From: an uncultured Aliarcobacter sp.
Lineage (GTDB): Bacteria > Campylobacterota > Campylobacteria > Campylobacterales > Arcobacteraceae
Assembly (NCBI GenBank): GCA_963664305.2
Contig: CAXXLV010000001.1
Span: 64,001 to 128,000 of the forward strand
Length of the DNA stretch: 64,000 nt
Direction: 5' to 3'
Shown here: positions 22,396 through 32,169 of the stretch, in pieces
How the letters are laid out: each line of letters begins with the position of its first letter
Position numbering within the stretch: the stretch's first letter is position 1
Program-made: the position numbers and the translations under genes
The notes under the pieces: generated by a model
What the model saw: the letters and a program-made list of their open reading frames with translations, nothing else
Database searches by the model: none
Told to the model about the DNA's origin: nothing

Positions 22396-22510
22396 TACCC
22401 TAACGCTGAAATGTAGCTTAAATTTTGAAATTTATGCTCTTTTTTCTCTTTTTACTTGTTTTTTGTGATTTTTACTATATTTTGCTTGGGAATATTATCA
22501 TTTATCACTC

Positions 22511-22557
22511 TTGACAAATCAATATATATGTTATATTATTACAGACCGATTAGTCTG
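22511..22557 (+). promoter_or_regulatory. Promoter plus palindromic operator of the tautomerase-cupin-TetR operon
   Basis: TTGACA (22511) - 17 bp - TATTAT (22534), then CAGAC-CGATTA-GTCTG (22542-22557) over the expected start site; AAGGAG RBS. Confidence 0.7.
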
Positions 22558-22569
22558 CAAGGAGTTTTT

Positions 22570-22950
22570 ATGCCATTTATTAGAATATATGTTGATAAAT
22601 CTATATCTAAAGAAAATAAAAAAGAGATATCAAATGCAATTCATAATAGTTTGATTGAAAGTTTTAATATACCTATAAAAGATAAATTTCAAGTATTTAT
22701 TGAAGTAGATAAAGAAGATTTAATTTTTCCAGATGAATATTTAGGAAATAGTTATTCAAATATTCTATTTATTAATATTACTTGTAAAAAAGGTAGAACT
22801 AAGGAACAAAAGAAAAAATTATATAAGTTGTGTGTAGAAACTATTAGTGAAAAAACAAAAATTAAAAAAGATGATGTTTTTATAACTATTATAGAAAACA
22901 ATCAAAATAATTGGTCATTTGGTAATGGTATAGCACAATTAATGGAGTAA
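22570..22950 (+). CDS. Tautomerase superfamily protein (N-terminal Pro)
   Basis: Start moved to ATG 22570 (MPFIRI, Pro-1 after Met removal); GRTKEQKKKLY and NWSFGNG motifs. Confidence 0.88.
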   Translation: MPFIRIYVDKSISKENKKEISNAIHNSLIESFNIPIKDKFQVFIEVDKEDLIFPDEYLGNSYSNILFINITCKKGRTKEQKKKLYKLCVETISEKTKIKKDDVFITIIENNQNNWSFGNGIAQLME

Positions 22951-22954
22951 TTAA

Positions 22955-23356
22955 ATGAATAAAGTAGAAAATATCTATAAAATACTAGATAATGCAAATG
23001 TTGATGAAAAAGTTGGTGTTAAATTAGCAAGAATCTGTGAAGGTGAAACTTTTAATTTATATGTATTAGAAATACCTGCTAAAAAAAGAGTTGGTGCTCA
23101 TTATCATACTATTGGAAATGAAACTTATCAAATTATTCAAGGAAGTGGTTCTATGATGATAGGGAAGAAAGATAGTGATACTATTATATGGAGTGAACCT
23201 AAAAATATGAATGAAGGTGATTGTTTAAATGTTAATGCAAATGAAATCCACCAATTAATAAATCTTACAGATAAACCACTTATTTGTATAGTTGGATGTT
23301 CAAATTCTCATATTACAACAGATAGAATAATGGCAAAAGGATATGAAAAAATATAA
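22955..23356 (+). CDS. Cupin domain protein
   Basis: HYHTIGNETYQIIQGSG...IHQL (HxHxxxxE...H metal site). Confidence 0.85.
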   Translation: MNKVENIYKILDNANVDEKVGVKLARICEGETFNLYVLEIPAKKRVGAHYHTIGNETYQIIQGSGSMMIGKKDSDTIIWSEPKNMNEGDCLNVNANEIHQLINLTDKPLICIVGCSNSHITTDRIMAKGYEKI

Positions 23357-23357
23357 T

Positions 23358-23915
23358 ATGAAAACATTAAGAGATAATTTATTAGACATTGCATATGAAG
23401 AGTTTTATACTAATGGATATAGTGCAACAGGATTAAATAAGATTTTAGAAAAAGCAAATGTTGCAAAAGGTGGTTTATATCACCATTTTAATTCTAAAAA
23501 AGATTTACTTATTGCAATTATAAATGAAAGAATTTGTCCAAACTCTTTAAAAAAATATGCAAATTTAGATGAAATAGAAAAAAATAAGTTAAATGCTTTA
23601 CTTGATATACTAGAAAGTAGAAATGAAAACTTTAATAAAGGATGTCCATTAGGAAATTTAATTTTGGAACTATCTAATATTGATGATGATATTTTGAAAG
23701 CTTTACAAAACTGCATTAACTCTTGGCAAAAAATATTTGAAAATGTAATTTTTGAAGCTATAAAAAATAAAGAAATAAAAGATATATCTGCATATGATAC
23801 ATCATTATTAATTATATCAACTATTCAAGGGGGATTGTTATTGTCAAAACTATCAAAATCAGATGTTGAATATAAGAAGTGTATAAAACTATTAAAAGAA
23901 ATATTAATTAAATAA
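23358..23915 (+). CDS. TetR/AcrR-family regulator (NemR/LmrA-like)
   Basis: GYSATGLNKIL...KGGLYHHFNSKKDL HTH; KGCPLGNL; start at 23358 or 23343. Confidence 0.9.
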   Translation: MKTLRDNLLDIAYEEFYTNGYSATGLNKILEKANVAKGGLYHHFNSKKDLLIAIINERICPNSLKKYANLDEIEKNKLNALLDILESRNENFNKGCPLGNLILELSNIDDDILKALQNCINSWQKIFENVIFEAIKNKEIKDISAYDTSLLIISTIQGGLLLSKLSKSDVEYKKCIKLLKEILIK

Positions 23916-23917
23916 AA

Positions 23918-23992
23918 TGGCTCCGGCACCTGGATTCGAACCAGGGACCAAATGATTAACAGTCATCTACTCTACCGCTGAGCTATGCCGGA
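23918..23992 (-). tRNA. tRNA-Asn(GTT), promoter-distal copy
   Basis: TCCGGCATAGCTCAGCGGTAGAG...CTGTTAA...GGTTCGAATCC...GCCA. Confidence 0.98.
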
Positions 23993-24029
23993 ATTTGATT
24001 TTTATTTATTGTAAGTTTTAATTTATAAA

Positions 24030-24104
24030 TGGCTCCGGCACCTGGATTCGAACCAGGGACCAAATGATTAACAGTCATCTACTCTACCGCTGAGCTATGC
24101 CGGA
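24030..24104 (-). tRNA. tRNA-Asn(GTT), middle copy
   Basis: Identical 75-nt copy. Confidence 0.98.
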
Positions 24105-24137
24105 ATCTATAAATTCTAATTATTAAAGTCAAAGTAA

Positions 24138-24212
24138 TGGCTCCGGCACCTGGATTCGAACCAGGGACCAAATGATTAACAGTCATCTACTCTACCGCTG
24201 AGCTATGCCGGA
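24138..24212 (-). tRNA. tRNA-Asn(GTT), promoter-proximal copy
   Basis: Identical 75-nt copy. Confidence 0.98.
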
Positions 24213-24241
24213 ATTTATGACTTTAACTTTAATGGGGTGGA

Positions 24242-24270
24242 ATTATAGTAAAAAAAGTTTTTATTGTCAA
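24242..24270 (-). promoter_or_regulatory. Promoter of the tRNA-Asn cluster
   Basis: Consensus TTGACA-17-TATAAT on the minus strand. Confidence 0.85.
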
Positions 24271-24277
24271 GACTTTT

Positions 24278-25195
24278 TCATACATTTTTGTAAAAATCGA
24301 CTCCACTACTATTTACAATTGATATTTTCTTTTCTTCTAAAAGTTTTGACAAAATATCTTTTGATTTATCATCAAACATATTTTCTATATCTTCTTTTGT
24401 AAGAGGTCTTCTCTTTAACATAAAAAGTATTTCATCTTCACTATAAGTTTGAATCAATTTTGGTCTATTTTTAAAAACTATATTTACATTTATATTTTCA
24501 AATCTATTTGCAACTTTTTCTAAAAATTCATAACTAACTGGATTTACTTTATATGCAGGTGGTCTATCAATAGTTCCAATATCAACTCTTTTAGGATTAA
24601 TTTGTTTTACAGCATTAAACAATAACTCTATTTCTTCATCTTTATCATTTACATCTTTAACAAATAAAATTTCTAAAACAAAATCTTTTGTAGTTTTTTG
24701 TGAGAATTCAATCATTGAAGGAACTATTTTTTCAATTTCTACACTTTTGTTTTGTCTATCAAGTTTTTTAAAACACTTTTCACTTACACAATCTAAAGAT
24801 AATTTAACTATATCAATTTTTAATAAAGCATCAAAAATCTCTTTTTTATAAATCGTACTTCCATTTGATAAAATCAATGTTTTTGTTTCACCTTTTATTT
24901 TATTAATTTCATCAATTAAATCATTTAATTTAGGATATAAAGTTGGTTCACCATTACATGTTATTGTAATTACATCTATTTTTGGATGATTTTTAAAACT
25001 ATCTTTTATTGCAGTTATGATTTTTTCAACACTTGGAAATATATCCATTTTTTCAATAGTTTTAGCTGGTTCTAATTCACAATATAAACAATCAAAATTA
25101 CACTGTTTTTTTGATGGAGATAAATCAATACCTAATGATATTCCAAATCTTCTTGAGGGAATTGGTCCAAAAATAATAGAATTTGAATATGACAA
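24278..25195 (-). CDS. Radical SAM protein
   Basis: FGPIPSRRFGISLGID, CNFDCLYC, GEPTL. Confidence 0.88.
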   Translation of the reverse strand: MSYSNSIIFGPIPSRRFGISLGIDLSPSKKQCNFDCLYCELEPAKTIEKMDIFPSVEKIITAIKDSFKNHPKIDVITITCNGEPTLYPKLNDLIDEINKIKGETKTLILSNGSTIYKKEIFDALLKIDIVKLSLDCVSEKCFKKLDRQNKSVEIEKIVPSMIEFSQKTTKDFVLEILFVKDVNDKDEEIELLFNAVKQINPKRVDIGTIDRPPAYKVNPVSYEFLEKVANRFENINVNIVFKNRPKLIQTYSEDEILFMLKRRPLTKEDIENMFDDKSKDILSKLLEEKKISIVNSSGVDFYKNV

Positions 25196-25217
25196 AATAA
25201 AAATCCTTTTAAATAAA

Positions 25218-25245
25218 AAAAGAGAAGCTAAATAGCTTCTCTTTT
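25218..25245 (-). terminator. Terminator hairpin after hemE
   Basis: AAAAGAGAAGCTA-AA-TAGCTTCTCTTTT. Confidence 0.75.
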
Positions 25246-25272
25246 ATAATAATTTTCTAAAACAAATTTGTT

Positions 25273-26313
25273 TTATGCTTTTTTTGAAACTCTTTGACAC
25301 TCTTTTACAAAGTGAATTGCATTTTCAACAGGAACGTCAGGTAAAATTCCATGACCAAGATTGAAAATATGTCCTTCACCCTTCATTATGTTTTGAATTG
25401 CTTCAACACACATTGTTGTTGCCTCTTTAGAATATAATCTACAAGGCTCCATATTTCCTTGTAAAACATATTTATCACCTAATTTTTCTTTTGCAAGAGC
25501 CATTGGTGTTCCCCAATCAACTCCAAATACATCGAAGTTTCCATAAACTAAACCTCTTTCAATAAATGCAGCTATTCCTTTTGGGAACATAATAACTGGA
25601 ATATGAGGATATTTCTCTTTTAAATATTCAGCTATTTCTACCATATATTTCCATGAAAATTCATCATATTTTGAAGGTTCAATTGCCGCAGCCCATGAAT
25701 CAAAGATTTGAACTACATCAACTCCAGCTTCAATTTGTTTTTCCATATAAAACTTAACTACATCAGTTACACGTCTAAGGATTTTATGTAAAAATTCTGG
25801 ATTTGAATACATCATTTTTTTACAAAGATTGTATGTTTTTGTTCCTTGACCTTCTATCATATAAGTTGCAAGTGTCCAAGGAGCACCTGTAAATCCAATC
25901 AAAGCTTTATCTTCTGGTAATCTTTGTTTTAAAATTTTAATAGTCTCATAAACATAAGTTAATTTATTTGCAGCTTCTTCTCCACCAATTAAAGCATCTA
26001 AATCAGCTTCTGTTTTAATTGGTTTATCAAATACTGGACCTTCACCTTTTAAAAAGTCTAATTTCATTCCCATTTCATTTGGAACAACTAAAATATCACT
26101 AAATAAAATAGCAGCATCAACTCCTACAATATCCAAAGGTTGAATTGTAACTTCAGCTGCAAGTTCTGGATTGTGGCATAAATTTAAAAAATTCCCAGCT
26201 TTTGCTCTTACTTCCATATATTCTGGTAAGTAACGTCCAGCTTGTCTCATCATCCAAACAGGAGTATAAGGAGTCTCTTTTCTAAAACATGCATCTACAA
26301 AAATTTTTGACAT
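25273..26313 (-). CDS. hemE: Uroporphyrinogen decarboxylase
   Basis: [27 protein letters not shown]. Confidence 0.98.
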   Translation of the reverse strand: MSKIFVDACFRKETPYTPVWMMRQAGRYLPEYMEVRAKAGNFLNLCHNPELAAEVTIQPLDIVGVDAAILFSDILVVPNEMGMKLDFLKGEGPVFDKPIKTEADLDALIGGEEAANKLTYVYETIKILKQRLPEDKALIGFTGAPWTLATYMIEGQGTKTYNLCKKMMYSNPEFLHKILRRVTDVVKFYMEKQIEAGVDVVQIFDSWAAAIEPSKYDEFSWKYMVEIAEYLKEKYPHIPVIMFPKGIAAFIERGLVYGNFDVFGVDWGTPMALAKEKLGDKYVLQGNMEPCRLYSKEATTMCVEAIQNIMKGEGHIFNLGHGILPDVPVENAIHFVKECQRVSKKA

Positions 26314-26388
26314 TTTAATCCTTAGAAATAGTCCCCATTTTAAGGGACCAATTATTTATCATCTACTTTTTTTAAAGTAGCAAAAAAT

Positions 26389-26907
26389 TTAATGTTTTCC
26401 AACTTTATTTAAAAAATAAAGTCCTAATGATAATAGTGCAATTGAAACAGCAAAATAAAGCATCTCTAATGCACCATCATATTTTGTATGTAAAACTTTT
26501 TGAAAAAAGCTTACAATTAATACCATAACAATTACTTTTGCGATTTTATCTTTTAATTGATCTAGTGAATGAATTGCTAAAATATTACTACCACTTTTTT
26601 CAGCCGCATCAATTTTTGAAATAAATAGTTCGTAAATTCCAAATGCAAAAATTAACATAACTACAGCAATTAAGTATAAATCAACCGCACCAATAATTTT
26701 ACTAACTATTTCTTCATGAAAATCTTCAGGATGTAAACCATTTAAATAAACATCCATTGCGTATTTAATAACCTCATAAATATCCATTGAAGCAACAACA
26801 AAAAGTATTATCGAACCTAATAATCCAAATATTACTGCAAGCAAAACAAAAAGTCTTGCTTGCCACATTGTAGTTTCAAAAAATTTTTCTAGCATACTAA
26901 ATATCAT
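26389..26907 (-). CDS. YqhA/UPF0114 family membrane protein
   Basis: VDLYLIA...FGIYELFISKID...SLDQLKDK. Confidence 0.85.
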   Translation of the reverse strand: MIFSMLEKFFETTMWQARLFVLLAVIFGLLGSIILFVVASMDIYEVIKYAMDVYLNGLHPEDFHEEIVSKIIGAVDLYLIAVVMLIFAFGIYELFISKIDAAEKSGSNILAIHSLDQLKDKIAKVIVMVLIVSFFQKVLHTKYDGALEMLYFAVSIALLSLGLYFLNKVGKH

Positions 26908-27934
26908 TTTCCATATCTATCCATTTAAGAGCAATTCTAACTGCATTTGTTGCAGCCCCTACTCTTACTTGGTCAGCTACGTTGAAATAATGAACAATGT
27001 TTGAAGCATAAACATCTTTTCTAATTCTTCCAACATAAGTTAAATCTGTATCTGTTGAAATAATTGGCATTGGATATTTTTTGTTTGGTAAATCATCAAT
27101 TACTTTTAGATTTTCAAAGTTATTTAATGCATTTCTTACATCATCTAAATTAACTTCTACATTTTCACCAAATGTAACTGTAATTGATTCACTATGAGAT
27201 CTTAAAACAGGAACTCTTACACAAGTTGCAGCAACTTGAATATTTTTGTGCATAATTTTTTGAGTTTCATTTACCATTTTCATTTCTTCTTTAGTAAATC
27301 CATTCTCTTTTGCAACATCAATTTGAGGAATTACATTTAAAGCTATTTGATAAGGGAAAGCTTTAATTTCTGTTTCATCTAATCTAAATGCAAAAAAATC
27401 TTGCATTTGTTTTACAAGTTCTTCCATACCAGTTTTTCCAGCACCTGAAACAGCTTGATATGTTGAAACATCAACTCTTTTGATTCCATATAAATCATCT
27501 AATGGTTTTAAACTTTGAACCATTTGAATAGTTGAACAATTTGGATTTGCAATAATTCCAGTTTCTCTCCATAATTTAATATCTTCTGGATTAACTTCAG
27601 GAACAACTAAAGGAACTTTTGGGTCCATTCTAAAGTGACTTGTATTATCAATTACTACAGCCCCTGCTTCAACTGCAAATTTTGCAAATTGTTCAGAAAC
27701 ACTTCCACCTGCACTAAAAAATGCGATTTCAACATCATTTTCTTCAAATACAGTTTCAGTTAATTCTAAAACTGTAACTTCTTTATTCATATATTCAATT
27801 TTTGAACCAGCACTTCTTGCACTCGCTAATGGTATTAATTTATTTATTGGGAAATTATTTTCTTCTAAAACTCTAAATAACTCTTCACCAACTGCACCAG
27901 TTGCTCCAACAACTGCAACATTAAATTTTCTCAT
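26897..27934 (-). CDS. asd: Aspartate-semialdehyde dehydrogenase
   Basis: GATGAVG, ANPNCST, YQAVSGAG, CVRVPVLRSHSE. Confidence 0.97.
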   Translation of the reverse strand: MRKFNVAVVGATGAVGEELFRVLEENNFPINKLIPLASARSAGSKIEYMNKEVTVLELTETVFEENDVEIAFFSAGGSVSEQFAKFAVEAGAVVIDNTSHFRMDPKVPLVVPEVNPEDIKLWRETGIIANPNCSTIQMVQSLKPLDDLYGIKRVDVSTYQAVSGAGKTGMEELVKQMQDFFAFRLDETEIKAFPYQIALNVIPQIDVAKENGFTKEEMKMVNETQKIMHKNIQVAATCVRVPVLRSHSESITVTFGENVEVNLDDVRNALNNFENLKVIDDLPNKKYPMPIISTDTDLTYVGRIRKDVYASNIVHYFNVADQVRVGAATNAVRIALKWIDMENDI

Positions 27935-27937
27935 TTC

Positions 27938-30541
27938 TTATTCTTCCTCATCTTTTTCTAAATTATCATCATTTTTTTCTAAATCTAAAACATCTAATAA
28001 AGTTTGATTTTTTGTATTTGTAGAAATCTCAGTGTTTGTTTCTAAAATTTCTCCATCTTCGTTATATCTAATAACATTTCCATTTTCATCAAGTTCTATC
28101 TCTTCATCCTCTTTTGGACATTTAGCAATAGACACAACTTTATCATCTTTATCAACATTTACAATAATTACACCTGAAGTATTTCTTCCAGCTTTTCTAA
28201 TTGTATTCATATCAACTCTAATCATTTTTCCAATTGAAGTTAATAACATTAAATCTTGTGAATCATCAACTAAAACTTCACCTACAATATTTCCAGTTTT
28301 TGGAGAAAGTTTCATTGCAATTACTCCAGAACCTGCTCTGTTTGTAAGTCTATACTCTTCAACTGTTGTTCTTTTTCCAATTCCTTTTTCTGAAACTGTT
28401 AAAATTTCTTGATCTTCAGAAGTAATTACATCAGCATCTACAACAAAGTCAGTATCAATTTTAAATTTAATACCTCTAACCCCTCTAGTACTTCTTCCTT
28501 GATCTCTTGTTTTATCAAGTTCAAATCTAATACATTGACCAAGACTTGTAAATATCATAATATATTGGGTTTGTGTATCTGCAATTTTTGCTGTTACGAT
28601 TTCATCTGCATCATCAAGAACGATTGCTCTAACTCCATTACTTCTGATATTTGAGAATTCATTTAATGATGTTCTTTTAATAACCCCATTTCTTGTGAAG
28701 AATACAAGTGATTTACTTTCATCAAAATCTGGTGTTGGAATAATTTCCATGATTTTTTCATCAGGTCTTAAGTTAATTAAGTTAACAACTGCTTTACCTT
28801 TAGCAGTTCTACTTCCTTCAGGAATTTTATAAACTTTTAACCAATATAATTGTCCCATATTTGTAACAAACATTAAAGTATCATGGGTATTACTTACAAA
28901 GAACTTCTCAATAAAATCATCATCATGCGTAGTAACGGCAACTTTACCTTTACCACCTCTTTTTTGTTTTTCATAAGATTTAATTGGAACTCTTTTTACA
29001 TATCCATTATGAGTAATTGTTACTACCATTGGCTCATTTGGAATTAAATCTTCCACATCAATTTCATCATATGAATCTTCAATTTCTGTTCTTCTATCAC
29101 TTGAGAATTTTTCTTGAATTTCAGTTAATTCTTCTTTGATAATTTGATTTAATTTCTCTTCAGATTTTAAAATTGATTCTAATTCAGCAATTAATATCAT
29201 AAGTTCAGCATATTCTGCTTCTAATTTATCTCTTTGAAGACCTGTTAATCTTCCAAGTCTCATATCTAAAATTGCTTGAGATTGAATTGGGCTTAGTCCA
29301 AATCTATTTTGTAAACTATCTTTTGCTTCTTGATCATTTGCACTAGCTCTGATGATTTTAACAACTTCATCAATATTGTCTAAAGCAATTTTTAAACCTT
29401 CTAAAATATGTGCTCTTGCTTTTGCTTTTTCTAAATCAAATATTGTTCTTCTAATAATTACTGTTTTTCTATGAGATAAGAAAATATTTAATAATTGAGG
29501 TAAATTAAATACTTTTGGCTCTTTATTATAAACAGCTAAAAGAATAATTCCAAATGTTGTTTCCATTGGAGTTGATTTGTATAAATTGTTTAAAACAATT
29601 TCACTCATCGCATCTTTTTTAAGTTCAATTACAACTCTAATACCTTCTCTATCAGATTCATCTCTAACTTCAGAAATTCCTTCAATTTGTTTGTCTTTTG
29701 CAAGATTTGCAATAAGTTCAATTAATCTAGCTTTATTCACTTGATAAGGTAATTCATCAAGAACAATAATCTCTTTTTTACCTCTTGTTTCAATGTGATG
29801 CTTAGCTCTAATTCTAACTCTTCCTCGTCCAGTATTATATGCATCAATAATTCCACGTCTTCCAAAAATTGTTCCACCAGTTGGGAAATCAGGACCTTGG
29901 ATAAATTGCATTAATTCATCTGCAGTTGCATCTGGATTATCAATTGTATATAAAACTGCATTTAATAATTCATTTATGTTATGTGGAGGAATTTTTGTAG
30001 CCATACCAACTGCAATTCCTTCACTTCCATTTAATAAAAGAGTTGGAACACGAGTTGGAAGAACTGATGGTTCTTTCATAGTATCATCATAATTTGGAAC
30101 AAAATTTACAGTATCTTTGTCTAAATCTCTTAATACTTCTTCAGCTATTCTAGTCATTCTAGCTTCTGTATATCTCATAGCTGCTGCACTATCACCATCG
30201 ATTGAACCGAAGTTTCCTTGTCCATCAACAAGTGGTGCTCTCATTGAGAAATTTTGAGCCATTCTTACTAAGGCATCATAAACAGAAGTATCTCCATGTG
30301 GGTGGTACTTACCAATAACATCTCCAACAATTCTTGCAGATTTTTTATAAGCAGATTTTGAAGTAATACTTAAATCATGCATTGCATATAAGATTCTTCT
30401 ATGCACTGGTTTTAAACCATCTTTTGCATCTGGTAATGCCCTACCTATAATAACACTCATAGAGTAATCTAAATAAGAGGCTTTTACTGAGTCTTCAATA
30501 TTTACATCTATAATATCTTGATTTTCGAAAAGGTTTTCCAT
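27938..30541 (-). CDS. gyrA: DNA gyrase subunit A
   Basis: [20 protein letters not shown], GyrA-box QKRGGKG, acidic tail. Confidence 0.98.
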   Translation of the reverse strand: MENLFENQDIIDVNIEDSVKASYLDYSMSVIIGRALPDAKDGLKPVHRRILYAMHDLSITSKSAYKKSARIVGDVIGKYHPHGDTSVYDALVRMAQNFSMRAPLVDGQGNFGSIDGDSAAAMRYTEARMTRIAEEVLRDLDKDTVNFVPNYDDTMKEPSVLPTRVPTLLLNGSEGIAVGMATKIPPHNINELLNAVLYTIDNPDATADELMQFIQGPDFPTGGTIFGRRGIIDAYNTGRGRVRIRAKHHIETRGKKEIIVLDELPYQVNKARLIELIANLAKDKQIEGISEVRDESDREGIRVVIELKKDAMSEIVLNNLYKSTPMETTFGIILLAVYNKEPKVFNLPQLLNIFLSHRKTVIIRRTIFDLEKAKARAHILEGLKIALDNIDEVVKIIRASANDQEAKDSLQNRFGLSPIQSQAILDMRLGRLTGLQRDKLEAEYAELMILIAELESILKSEEKLNQIIKEELTEIQEKFSSDRRTEIEDSYDEIDVEDLIPNEPMVVTITHNGYVKRVPIKSYEKQKRGGKGKVAVTTHDDDFIEKFFVSNTHDTLMFVTNMGQLYWLKVYKIPEGSRTAKGKAVVNLINLRPDEKIMEIIPTPDFDESKSLVFFTRNGVIKRTSLNEFSNIRSNGVRAIVLDDADEIVTAKIADTQTQYIMIFTSLGQCIRFELDKTRDQGRSTRGVRGIKFKIDTDFVVDADVITSEDQEILTVSEKGIGKRTTVEEYRLTNRAGSGVIAMKLSPKTGNIVGEVLVDDSQDLMLLTSIGKMIRVDMNTIRKAGRNTSGVIIVNVDKDDKVVSIAKCPKEDEEIELDENGNVIRYNEDGEILETNTEISTNTKNQTLLDVLDLEKNDDNLEKDEEE

Positions 30542-30630
30542 AAAAAAAGGCCTTTGTAATATAAAATTGATTTATTTTATCTAAATTGCGCTTAGTACTT
30601 CTTGTAATAAGTTTTAATAAAATTAAATTA

Positions 30631-30667
30631 TAAAAAAAGGGGACAAAAGTTTAAACTTTCATCCCCT
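30631..30667 (-). terminator. Terminator after the YdcH-like gene
   Basis: GC-containing hairpin (AGGGGA...AAAGTTT/AAACTTT...TCCCCT) followed by T7 on the minus strand. Confidence 0.65.
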
Positions 30668-30691
30668 AATATTTTTAATTAAAATTAAAAA

Positions 30692-30907
30692 TTATTTTTC
30701 GTTATTGTGTTTTACAATGATAGAATAAATTTCGTCTTTTAATTTTAATTTTTCTTTTTTCTTAGATTCAATTTCAAATTGATCAGCATGTGATTGTTCA
30801 AGTTTAGCAATTAAATCATCTAACTCATTGTGCTTCTCAAAAAGTTTGTGAAAATGTGTGTCTTTTTGCTTTAACTCTGTAATTACATCTCTATATTCGT
30901 GAAACAT
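30692..30907 (-). CDS. YdcH/DUF465 family small protein
   Basis: MFHEYRDVITELK...HNELDD...KKEKLKLKDEIY. Confidence 0.85.
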   Translation of the reverse strand: MFHEYRDVITELKQKDTHFHKLFEKHNELDDLIAKLEQSHADQFEIESKKKEKLKLKDEIYSIIVKHNNEK

Positions 30908-30986
30908 TCTTGTATCCTATATGTTTAAATTTGAATTCGGCGATTATACAGTCAATGTACTTAATTTTTTGTAAAAAAATAATATA

Positions 30987-32168
30987 TTAACTTCTATAAT
31001 CTGCATTAATTTCTACATATTTGTAACCTAAATCACAACCATATGCAGTAAATTTACCATCACCTAAACCAATATCACAAATAATTTTATATTTATCTTT
31101 TTTTAATACATCTGCTGCTTTTGCTTCAGTTTGAGCATCAAAACAGATTTCACCTTTGTTAAATACTACAACATCATTGTAAGAAATTACTAATTTTTCA
31201 TCATCACAATCAATTCTTGATGCACCAATAGTTGATGCAATTCTTCCAAAATTTGGATCTTCTCCAAAAAGTGCAGTTTTAACTAAAAGTGAATTTGATA
31301 ATGCTTTTGCTGCAATCATTGCTTGTTCATTTGATACAGCATTGATTACTTCAAATGCCGCAACTTTTTTAGCACCTTCACCATCTGCTACCATTAACAT
31401 TGCCATATCATACATTACAAGTCTTAGTGCTTCTTTAAATGCCTCTTTATCGTAAGCATTTGATTTTCCATTTGCTAAAACCATAACTGTATCATTTGTT
31501 GAAGTATCACCATCAACAGAAATTGCATTAAATGTTGTTTCACTATTTGCTATTAATGCTTCTTTTATATCTTCAAAAGGAGCAGTGGCATCTGTACAAA
31601 TAAAACAAAGCATAGTTGCAAGATTTGGATTTATCATACCAGCACCTTTTGCAACAGCGCCTATTTTAAAAGAAGTTCCATTTTCAAGTTTTACTTCATA
31701 CATACAAGTTTTTGGATATGCATCTGTTGTCATAATAGCTTTTGACAAATTTTCACCATTTTTAGCCGTTAAATCAAACTTTTTAGCACCAGCTACTAAT
31801 TTTTCAATTGGTAATGGATTTCCAATAACACCTGTACTACTCATTACTGGATTTATTAAATCAAAATCAAGTTGAGAAAATAGAGTATTAATCGATTCAA
31901 TACCTTTTCTTCCTGTTAATGCGTTTGCATTTTTTGAATTTATTAAAACAAAATTTGTTTTAAAATTTTCACCATATTGTAAAAAATGTTTTAAAGGTGC
32001 AGCTTGAAATCTATTTTCTGTAAAAATTGCTGCAACTGTACAAGCTTCTTTTGTATAAATAAATCCTAAATCATTATTCCCATTTGGTTTAAGACCTGCA
32101 TGAATTCCATCACAATAAAATCCATCAATTTGATCAATATAACCTTTAATTGGTAAAATAGTAAACAT
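30987..32168 (-). CDS. argJ: Ornithine acetyltransferase
   Basis: IMTTD, KGAGMINPNLATML, DGDTSTND, DGEGA, INADYRS. Confidence 0.97.
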   Translation of the reverse strand: MFTILPIKGYIDQIDGFYCDGIHAGLKPNGNNDLGFIYTKEACTVAAIFTENRFQAAPLKHFLQYGENFKTNFVLINSKNANALTGRKGIESINTLFSQLDFDLINPVMSSTGVIGNPLPIEKLVAGAKKFDLTAKNGENLSKAIMTTDAYPKTCMYEVKLENGTSFKIGAVAKGAGMINPNLATMLCFICTDATAPFEDIKEALIANSETTFNAISVDGDTSTNDTVMVLANGKSNAYDKEAFKEALRLVMYDMAMLMVADGEGAKKVAAFEVINAVSNEQAMIAAKALSNSLLVKTALFGEDPNFGRIASTIGASRIDCDDEKLVISYNDVVVFNKGEICFDAQTEAKAADVLKKDKYKIICDIGLGDGKFTAYGCDLGYKYVEINADYRS

Positions 32169-32169
32169 T

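Noticed and set aside
22396..22510. Search for a duplicated tRNA-Asn 3' end (att site) or integrase marking the islet as a mobile element
   Set aside because: No copy of the tRNA 3' sequence and no recombinase gene were found, so it is not called a mobile element
23918..24212. Three identical repeats with 33-37-bp unique spacers, superficially CRISPR-like
   Set aside because: The repeats are 75-nt tRNA-Asn genes with cloverleaf and CCA; no cas genes are present
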